Origin: Saprospiraceae bacterium
GTDB taxonomy: Bacteria > Bacteroidota > Bacteroidia > Chitinophagales > Saprospiraceae
NCBI GenBank assembly: GCA_020628645.1
Contig: JAHDES010000017.1
Span: forward strand, 24,570 to 88,569
Direction of reading: 5' to 3'
Length of the DNA: 64,000 nucleotides
The notes under the pieces are model-generated. The model was given only the letters and a program-made list of their open reading frames with translations. It ran no database searches and had not been told where the DNA came from. Made by a program: the position numbers and the translations under genes. This document shows, one piece after another, positions 27,703-36,200 of the stretch (position 1 is its first letter; every line of letters starts with the position of its first letter).

Positions 27703-29625
27703 ATGTTTGACGACCTACGACCTTTATCCGATTGGTTGCCGATTACAAAGAAAGAAGTGGAGGCACGAGGCTGGGAAGAATTGGATGTAATTCTGATTTC
27801 AGGGGATGCCTATGTAGATCACCCTGCCTTTGGTACGGCTGTAATTGGGCGTATATTAGAAGATGAAGGATTGAAAATAGCGATTGTACCACAACCCAAC
27901 TGGAAAGACGATCTTCGTGATTTTAAAAAACTGGGTCAACCCAAATACTTCTTTGGCATCACATCTGGATGTATGGATCCAATGGTCAATCATTATACTG
28001 CTGGAAAAAGAAAACGTTCTACGGATGCCTACACTCCTGGGGGCAAGTCAGGTTTCCGACCCGATTATGCAACGAATGTTTATTCTAAAATATTAAAACA
28101 GCTTTATCCAGAGACCCCTATTTTGATTGGTGGAATTGAGGCTTCGCTCCGTCGCGTAACGCATTATGATTATTGGGAAGATGAATTATTCCCCAATATC
28201 TTACAAATGAGTGGAGCCGATATGTTGGTGTATGGAATGGGGGAACTTCCTTTGCGGGAAATTTTACGCTTACTAAAAAAAGGAGTGCCTTTTAATTCCT
28301 TAAAAACAATTCCACAAACAGCCGTTTTACTAGATCAAGAAGAAAAAATACCTGTCAATAAAAATTGGGAAGACCTTTGGCTCAATTCTCACGAAAAATG
28401 TTTGCGAGATAAACGTTCTTTCGCTCAAAATTTTAAGCACATTGAGCAAGAATCAAACAAAGTACAAGCCAGACGTTTACTTCAAAAAACGGGCGACTAC
28501 AATTTAGTAGTCAATCCGCCATACCCACCCATGTCAGAGAACGAAATTGACCGTTCGTTTGATTTACCTTATACTCGTCTTCCGCATCCAAAATATAAAA
28601 AACGCGGCTCGATTCCTGCTTATGAAATGATTCGTTTCTCGGTCAATATGCATCGCGGTTGTTTTGGAGGCTGTAGCTTTTGTACCATTTCAGCGCATCA
28701 AGGAAAATTTATAGCCAGTCGTTCAGAAGAGTCCATCTTAAAAGAAGTGGATAAAGTAACAAAAATGCCTGACTTCAAAGGCTATATCAGCGACTTAGGT
28801 GGACCATCTGCGAATATGTATAAAATGAAAGGTAAGGTACAATCTATTTGTGATCGTTGTGTCGCACCTTCCTGTATTCACCCAGTCGTTTGTAGTAATC
28901 TAGATACGAGCCACAAACCAATGACTGAACTTTATAAAAAAGTAGATGCACATCCAGAAGTAAAAAAGGCATTTGTGGGGAGCGGTATCCGTTATGATTT
29001 ATTAGTTGATTCGTACAACAAGAAAAATGATGGTAGTCTAGATGAATACATGGAACAAGTCGTTACTTGTCATGTCAGCGGTCGCTTAAAAGTAGCACCT
29101 GAACATACCTCTGATAATACACTCAAAGTAATGCGAAAGCCATCTTTCAAGCATTTCCATGAGTTCAAAAAGAAATATGACGCCATTAATAAAAAACATG
29201 GATTGAATCAGCCATTAATTCCTTATTTTATATCGAGTCACCCTGGTTCGCAAGCAGAAGACATGGCAAATCTCGCTGCTGAAACGAAAGATATGGGCTT
29301 CAAGCTCGAGCAAGTCCAAGACTTTACGCCTACTCCCATGACGGTGGCTACTATTATTTATTATACAGGATTACATCCATATACACTTCGGCCAATTTAC
29401 ACTGCCAAATCTCCCAAAGAGAAAAAGCAACAACACATGTTCTTCTTTTGGCATAAAAAAGAAAATTATCAACAAATCAGAGACAAACTCACCAGCATTG
29501 GTCGAGAAGATCTAATTGAAAAACTCATTGGCGACAAAAAACGCCATCAAAAACAATCATTCATCAAAGACAAACGTAAATCAAGACAAAACGGCAACAA
29601 AAAGAAATTTCGTCGAAGAAAATAA
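27703..29625 (+). CDS. ygiQ: YgiQ-family (UPF0313) radical SAM protein
   Basis: 640 aa. N-terminal YgiQ-specific domain. Radical-SAM cysteine motif CFGGCSFCTISAHQG. Basic Lys/Arg-rich C-terminal tail, typical of this family. Confidence 0.88.
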   Translation: MFDDLRPLSDWLPITKKEVEARGWEELDVILISGDAYVDHPAFGTAVIGRILEDEGLKIAIVPQPNWKDDLRDFKKLGQPKYFFGITSGCMDPMVNHYTAGKRKRSTDAYTPGGKSGFRPDYATNVYSKILKQLYPETPILIGGIEASLRRVTHYDYWEDELFPNILQMSGADMLVYGMGELPLREILRLLKKGVPFNSLKTIPQTAVLLDQEEKIPVNKNWEDLWLNSHEKCLRDKRSFAQNFKHIEQESNKVQARRLLQKTGDYNLVVNPPYPPMSENEIDRSFDLPYTRLPHPKYKKRGSIPAYEMIRFSVNMHRGCFGGCSFCTISAHQGKFIASRSEESILKEVDKVTKMPDFKGYISDLGGPSANMYKMKGKVQSICDRCVAPSCIHPVVCSNLDTSHKPMTELYKKVDAHPEVKKAFVGSGIRYDLLVDSYNKKNDGSLDEYMEQVVTCHVSGRLKVAPEHTSDNTLKVMRKPSFKHFHEFKKKYDAINKKHGLNQPLIPYFISSHPGSQAEDMANLAAETKDMGFKLEQVQDFTPTPMTVATIIYYTGLHPYTLRPIYTAKSPKEKKQQHMFFFWHKKENYQQIRDKLTSIGREDLIEKLIGDKKRHQKQSFIKDKRKSRQNGNKKKFRRRK

Positions 29626-29630
29626 AACGT

Positions 29631-29725
29631 CACATAGTCTAACAGCGAAGCGATCTCGCAATCCACGAAGTGGATGATCTCTCAACGAAGTGGTCTCACA
29701 TCTCACAGCCGAGTAATCTCATGCC
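29631..29725. repeat. Degenerate copy B of the CGAAG(C/T)G(A/G)TCT-type repeat tract, downstream of ygiQ
   Basis: Three direct ~20-nt units: CGAAGCGATCTCGCAATCCA / CGAAGTGGATGATCTCTCAA / CGAAGTGGTCTCACATCTCACAG. Confidence 0.4.
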
Positions 29726-29933
29726 CAATCCTCTTTTTTTAAGAAAATCTTAACAGTTTATCGAATATTCCAAGAAGCTAACCGAAATAAATCGTTTTTT
29801 ATCGACAAAAAGAGCAATTTAGTAGTGTAATTAAGCTAGAAAACAAAAAAAAATACAGGAAAATGTAAAACTAGAAATCTAACGATTAATATAAAGCTAG
29901 AAAACAGAATAAAGCAGAAGACACCCTGTATTT

Positions 29934-29966
29934 GTGCATGGACAAAATTTGTTTTTGTCCATGCAC
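29934..29966. promoter_or_regulatory. Perfect 14-bp-arm palindrome (GTGCATGGACAAAA-TTTGT-TTTTGTCCATGCAC). Candidate operator or structured RNA element.
   Basis: Seen directly in the sequence. It lies about 210 bp upstream of the YqiJ-like gene. No flanking T-run, so it is unlikely to be a terminator. Confidence 0.4.
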
Positions 29967-30175
29967 CCCTAACCAAATCGCCCAATTTATACTAGCATTA
30001 AAGTATAAAGCTATCAACCAATGAAAACGGGTGGCCACCATTTTTATGGAAAAAAATATGTCTTGAAATATTATGACTATATTTAGTACTTTAAAAGCAA
30101 ATTTAAGTCAAGAACGAAGCTATTAAAATCATTTCTTTCTTGTTCAATATTTATTAATTTCTTAACCCAAAGCCT

Positions 30176-30820
30176 ATGTATGAGTTATTGCAAGTTGCTG
30201 TAAGTCCAGTCAATATCGTGTATACGACCCTACTCATTCTGGTACTTTTGTATTGGTGTACCGTCTTGATTGGTCTACTGGACTTTAGTTCATTTGACCT
30301 TGATCTAGACCTCGATGCTGATGTAGATGTGGACGCTGACATTGACGTGGATGCGGATGCCGATATAGATAGCGGTGGGTTCATTATCGGAGCATTACAG
30401 TTTTTCCACTTTGGTAAAATGCCCTTCATGATCATCATGAGTTTTGTAATTCTCTTCGCTTGGGTCTTGAATATCTATGCTAATTTCTATCTTGGAAAAG
30501 GGGAAATAGGCTTTGCCTTAGCGATGGCGATTCCTCTTTTATTTGTGAGTTTGATCTTAACGAAGATTATTACCATGCCTTTATTACCTGTTTTTAAAGG
30601 TATGAATGAGGGAGAAGAAAAAATTGATATGATTGGATTGACTTGTAAAGTTTTATCGAATATTACACCAAATAAATTAGGGCAAGGAGAACTAACCTAC
30701 AATCATAGCGTATTGAAAATAAATATTATAGCTGAGGAATCTACACCTCAAATAAATAGAAATACTGAAGCGATTATCATTGACCAAACAGATAAATATT
30801 ATATTGTAAAACCAATTTAA
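30176..30820 (+). CDS. YqiJ-like (DUF1449 / NfeD-like) inner-membrane protein with an acidic (Asp-X)n repeat
   Basis: About four TM helices plus a C-terminal beta-rich, OB-fold-like soluble tail. An N-proximal loop reads DLDLDLDADVDVDADIDVDADADID. It lies immediately upstream of a flotillin gene, as in yqiJ-yqiK. Confidence 0.65.
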   Translation: MYELLQVAVSPVNIVYTTLLILVLLYWCTVLIGLLDFSSFDLDLDLDADVDVDADIDVDADADIDSGGFIIGALQFFHFGKMPFMIIMSFVILFAWVLNIYANFYLGKGEIGFALAMAIPLLFVSLILTKIITMPLLPVFKGMNEGEEKIDMIGLTCKVLSNITPNKLGQGELTYNHSVLKINIIAEESTPQINRNTEAIIIDQTDKYYIVKPI

Positions 30821-30923
30821 TAAATTCGATAGGGCTAGTTTCCTAACTAGACCATAATTTATAACGCGAGATTCCTATCTCGCAAAAAATACACTCTTTA
30901 CAACTAAAAAAAATCAACTGATT

Positions 30924-33077
30924 ATGACAGAACCTATTTTTTTAATTGGATTAGGCCCTTTACTCATCGCAAGTGTAATAATTGCTGTTATTCTTCTTTT
31001 GGCTGTAATTTTAGCCGCTACGTGGTATAATAAAGTACCTCAAGGACAAGCCTTAGTCCGAACTGGTCGTGGTGGATCAAAAGTAGCTTATGATAAAGGA
31101 ATGTTTGTAGTTCCTATCATACACATGGTAGAAAGAATGGATTTATCTGTAAAAACGATAGAAATTACGCGTTCAAAAGAAGATGGATTGGTATGTAAAG
31201 ACAATCTTAGAGCGGATATTAAAGTAGTATTTTTTGTACGAGTCAATAAGAAAGATGATGATATTATAAACGTAGCTCAAACAATTGGTTGTGCTAGAGC
31301 ATCTGATCCTCAAACTTTACGAAATCTATTTGAGGCAAAATTTTCAGAAGCCTTAAAAACAGTAGGGAAACGTTTTGATTTTGTAGAACTATACGATTCA
31401 CGAAAAGAGTTTAAAGATGAAATTATTGCAACGATTGGTACTGATTTGAATGGATATGTCGTAGATGATGCTGCAATTGATTACTTAGAACAAACTCCTT
31501 TAGAGTTTTTAAGTGAAAATAATATCCTTGACTCAGAAGGTATCAAAAAAATTACCGAATTAACCGCTGCTCAAAAGATCAAAGCGAATTTCCACCGTAG
31601 AGAAGAAGAAAAAACGATTAAAGAACAAAATGTAGAAGCGCAAGAAGCCATCTTGGAGTATGAGCGTCAATTAGCAGAAAAGGTAGCCCGTCAAAAACGG
31701 GAGATTGCCAATATCGAAGCACGTGAAGAAGCGGAAATTGCTAAAATCAACGAAGAAGAACGACTTCGTTCAGAAATGGTTCGTATTCGTACAGAAGAAG
31801 AATTACAAATTGCGGAAGAAAATAAATTGCGTCAAGTGATTGTCGCAGCTAAAAATAAAGAACGTACAGAAGCAGTCGAAAATGAGCGTGTAGATAAAGA
31901 ACGATTACTTGAACTCACCGAAAAAGAGAAAATTGTTACACTCGCAGAAATTGAAAAAGAAAGAGCGATAGAATTAGAGCGCAAGAATATTCAGGATGTG
32001 ATCAAAGATCGGATCATGGTTGAGAAAAAAGTAGTCGAAGAAGAAGAGAAAATTAAAGATACCAAAGAATTGGCTACTGCTGAACGTGCGCGCCAAGTAG
32101 CGATTATCAAAGCCGAAGAGGAAGGTCAAGCAACGATTATTCTTCATCAAAAAACCGCAGAAGCGGAAAAATTAGCGGCAGAAATTCAAGCACAGAAAAT
32201 CAATATTGATGCAGAAGCTGAAATGAATGCAGCATCGAAAGAAGCGGAAGCTCGTAAGATTCGTGCAGAAGCAAAAGCAGCGGAAGAAGCAACCATCGGA
32301 TTATCGGAAGCACAAGTCATTGAAGCGAAAGCACAGGCGAAAGAGCGCGAAGGGACACTCGAAGCTGTTGTACTTGAAAAGAAAGCCATCGCCGAAGCTA
32401 AAGGTATCGAAGTAAAAGCAGAAGCTTTGAAAAAGCAAGGATTGGCAGAAGCTGAAATTCTTCAAGAAAAAGGAATCGCAGAAGCAAAAGCAACTTCTGA
32501 ACTAGGGTCAGCGGAAGCAAAAGTACTCGAAGAAAAATTAGTTGCCGAAGCTAAAGGCGTAGAGATGAAAGCAAATGCCATGAAGAAATTGGATGGCGTA
32601 GGCAAAGAACATGAAGAGTTCAAATTGAAATTGGAGAAAGAGAAGGAAGTCGAATTAGCGAATATTGATATTCAAGCGAAAATCGCTGAAGCACAAGCTC
32701 TCGTCTTGGCAGAGGCATTCAAGCAAGCGAATATTGACATCGTAGGCGGCGAACAAACTTTTGTCGATAACATCATGAAAGCCATCAATCGCGGTAAATC
32801 AGTCGATCGAATGCTAGACAATAGTAACCATTTGACGGATATCAAAAATGGCTTTATGAATGGCAATGGTGGAGGAGGCTTATTCTCCAAAATCAAGCAT
32901 ATCGCAAATCAGTCAGGAATTACCACCAACGATTTGAAAAATTTAACGATCTCAGCCCTTTTACTCAAATTATACAATGAAACTGCCGACGATGGACAAA
33001 AAGACGTAATTAACAGCTTAATGAAATCTGTCAAAAAATTGCGTATCGGAGAACAACTCGCAGAAGGATTATTGTAA
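30924..33077 (+). CDS. Flotillin-like SPFH/Band-7 protein (YqiK type) with a long Ala/Glu/Lys-rich coiled-coil repeat region
   Basis: N-terminal TM helix. SPFH domain (VRTGRGGSKVAYDKGMFVVPIIHMVERMDLSVKTIEI...). About 350 aa of AEAKx-type heptad-like repeats follow. Confidence 0.85.
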   Translation: MTEPIFLIGLGPLLIASVIIAVILLLAVILAATWYNKVPQGQALVRTGRGGSKVAYDKGMFVVPIIHMVERMDLSVKTIEITRSKEDGLVCKDNLRADIKVVFFVRVNKKDDDIINVAQTIGCARASDPQTLRNLFEAKFSEALKTVGKRFDFVELYDSRKEFKDEIIATIGTDLNGYVVDDAAIDYLEQTPLEFLSENNILDSEGIKKITELTAAQKIKANFHRREEEKTIKEQNVEAQEAILEYERQLAEKVARQKREIANIEAREEAEIAKINEEERLRSEMVRIRTEEELQIAEENKLRQVIVAAKNKERTEAVENERVDKERLLELTEKEKIVTLAEIEKERAIELERKNIQDVIKDRIMVEKKVVEEEEKIKDTKELATAERARQVAIIKAEEEGQATIILHQKTAEAEKLAAEIQAQKINIDAEAEMNAASKEAEARKIRAEAKAAEEATIGLSEAQVIEAKAQAKEREGTLEAVVLEKKAIAEAKGIEVKAEALKKQGLAEAEILQEKGIAEAKATSELGSAEAKVLEEKLVAEAKGVEMKANAMKKLDGVGKEHEEFKLKLEKEKEVELANIDIQAKIAEAQALVLAEAFKQANIDIVGGEQTFVDNIMKAINRGKSVDRMLDNSNHLTDIKNGFMNGNGGGGLFSKIKHIANQSGITTNDLKNLTISALLLKLYNETADDGQKDVINSLMKSVKKLRIGEQLAEGLL

Positions 33078-33169
33078 GCAATAGCCTTTAAAAACGCTGT
33101 GGAATAGGATATCACTATTTCACAGCCTTACAAAGAGACACACGGAGTTTATTAGATATAAGGAAAAAA

Positions 33170-33273
33170 CATCTAATCTAGAAGTCCTACGTCCAATAGT
33201 CCTACGTCAAGAAGGTCTAAATATCTAAAAGCGAAGCGATTCAAAGTCTAACAATCTAAAATCTAGTATCTAA
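33170..33273. repeat. Copy C of the intergenic repeat tract, with core GCGAAGCGATTCAAAGTCTAA. It lies immediately upstream of the 1620-aa gene.
   Basis: Core at 33231-33251, identical to copy A at 20 of 21 positions. AGTCCTACGTC occurs twice (33182-33207). There are several TCTAA units. The tract ends at the start codon. Confidence 0.45.
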
Positions 33274-36200
33274 ATGTCTGAAATAAAACTAGAAGGCGGC
33301 ACCTATGAAATCATCCGTAATCGACTTTCCAAGCAAGCGGAGGAATTGCGCGCACGACTAGGGCAACTTAATGTAGCTCGAAAAGAAGTCTTCGGTGCAA
33401 TAGAAACACAGTTGATTGCCAATGATCGGATCAACACTCAAAACTACTGTACGGCACGAGATATTACCTCGATTGGCGACTACTGTCTTTTTGGCTATAA
33501 TGTGCAGATTGGATTGCGATCGGGCATCAAACTGGAAGACGTTTTTAGTGTTTATCAGTTTCAAAATAATAGTTTTCAAGAAGCAAAAATTTCCTTGCTG
33601 ACAGATGAAAAATTTGAGACGGATTTTCAGAATTTATATCGCTATTACAAGAATGCGTATTTTGCTCGTTTTGTAAGCATCGGATCGTATTTATACATGG
33701 TTTTTCATTTGAATAAAGATTCTGAAGATTTCAAATCATTCAAATGGTTAGTAACAGATGATGGACTCAAATATGTAGGCAATCGTTTCGACCATGAGGT
33801 GGTTTTTCCTACCCAACATGAATTTAAATGGCAACGTGCACACCGCGATTTTCACCGTTCTGGAACGCATCCACATGTCTCTATTATGGATCGAGTATTT
33901 GTGGAAACTGTAGGTGGTGATTTAACCATTAAAATAGAAGACAATACCGAAGATGGTTTAGGAATTTATCGAGAAGAAGTAGAATACAAAGAGCAAACCC
34001 TCGATGATGCAGAATATTTATATGCAGATTTGGGCAATTTGATTGTTCTAAAAATCCGACCCTATCAAGAAGAATTTCGCTATTTTGTATTTAATGAAAA
34101 AATGCAAGAGGTACAGCGTATTGATACCCTCGAAGATTCAGGTGTATTGCTCCCCGATCAGCATGGACTCATTTTTGCGAATGGCTATTACCTCCAAATG
34201 GGAGAATACAAGATATTCGATCCTGATATGCGAAATAAGCTTTTTAAGAAGCGAATCGTATCCCCGAATGGAGAAGATTATTTGTATGTTTTTTACAATA
34301 ATCAAAAAGGCACCTATGTCTTAATGCATTATAATGTCATTGAGCAAACCATTCATACGCCTATCATTTGTCATGGATTTACGCATTTTCCAAATGGAGA
34401 ATTATGCTATTTCCGTGCGGAAGATGAGCCGACTAAACATCATGTCGTACAAATTTGGCAAACACCTTTTGTCGCAGGAGATGTTGCGCCATCCAACCAA
34501 ACCGATAGTTATTTATACAAAGTAGGGAACAAAGATATTGTCAAAGCAATGGCAGAATCACAGGAGATTTTGACCTTGGTTGGAAAAGAAGATACCTATT
34601 CTGGCTTATACATTGACTTGGCTAAAAAATGTACGGATGTACTCGATTCATATTATTGGATTGATAAAGAAGGAGCTTTTCTCATCAATCAACCCATACA
34701 AGAAATAAAAGCGACGGCAACTTCTGCCATTGAAGAATATGAGAAGAAAGTTCGTATCCAAAAAAATACAGCGGCAGAAATCAAACGCGTACAAACTAAT
34801 GCCGAAGAACTTTTTGAAGCGATCCGAAAAAACACTTTTGATGCAGTTGATCTTTTTGTAGAAAAACTAGCGGCTATTCGTGTGCTACGAGGAGAAATTA
34901 TTTCCTTAAAAGAATTGCGCTATACGGATCTGCCTTTGATTGAACAATTAGAAACTTCAGCTACGGAGTACAATGACCAATTGTCCAATGATTGCGTTCG
35001 CTTTCTTTTAGATAAAGATGCTTTAGTGCCATACATTAAGAAAATTGAGGAGCAAGCAAAGCAATTAGAAAGTATTGAAACAGCGAAACAAGGACAAGAA
35101 GTTGAAGAAACTATCGACCAAACAGGAAAAGAACTAGAGTTGTTGATTGACATTGTAAGTAATCTCAAAATTGATGATGCAACTCAAACCACACGCATTA
35201 TTGATAATATTTCTGCCATGTACGCCCAACTGAATCAAGTTAAAGCAGCAGTCAAGAAGAAGCAGAAAGAATTGATGGGTACGGAAGCCATTGCGGAATT
35301 CAATGCACAACTCAAATTACTCGATCAAGGGATTATCAACTATCTTGATCTGGCTGATAGTACACAAAAATGCGATGAGTACCTTACTAAACTAATGGTA
35401 CAACTCGAAGAGTTAGAAGGAAAATTTGCCGAATTTGATGAGTTTATTTTGACGATTACAGAGAAGCGCGAGGAAATTTATGCGGCTTTTGAAAGTCGTA
35501 AAAACACCTTGATTGAATCTCGAAATAATCGTACGTCTGCCCTTCAATCTGCGGCAGATCGTATTTTAAATGGGATTCAAAACAGAGCTAAATCCTTTAA
35601 AGAAGTCAACGAAATTAATGGCTTTTTTGCATCTGATTTGATGATTGATAAAGTGCGTGATATTGTCCAGCAATTAATTGATCTGGAGGATAGCAATAAA
35701 GCGGGGATGGTTCAATCGCGTTTAAAAAGCTTAAAAGAAGAAGCCGTTCGCCAATTGCGAGATCGCCAAGATTTATTGGTGGATGGACAAAATATTATTC
35801 AATTTGGTCGCCATAAATTTGCAGTGAATGTTCAGCCGCTTGATTTAACCGTTGTTAATGAAGGTGGACAAATGAAATTCCATTTGACGGGAACAGATTT
35901 TTATGAGCCGATTACCAATACCGATTTTTTATCTACAAAATCAGTTTGGAATCAACGTTTACCTTCAGAGAATGAAAGTGTCTATCGTTCGGAATTTTTA
36001 GCCTATCAACTGTTTAAAAGTAATCCTCAATCACAGTTATTACAAGCGAATGGACAATTGTTAACACTCGTTCAAAAAGAAGCGACTCTTCGTTATCAAG
36101 AGGGGTATACAAAAGGCATTCACGATGAAGATGCGGCAGATATTCTTCGCGCATTAGTGCAATTATCGGATAAAATTGATCTCTTACGTTTCACACCTGA

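Noticed and set aside
30025-30034. GGTGGCCACC 10-bp palindrome upstream of the YqiJ-like gene.
   Set aside because: It is a short restriction-site-like palindrome that could occur by chance, with no flanking support.
27621-33273. Possibility that the short direct repeats are a CRISPR array.
   Set aside because: The units are 10-20 nt, irregular and not separated by unique, similar-length spacers. No cas genes are nearby.
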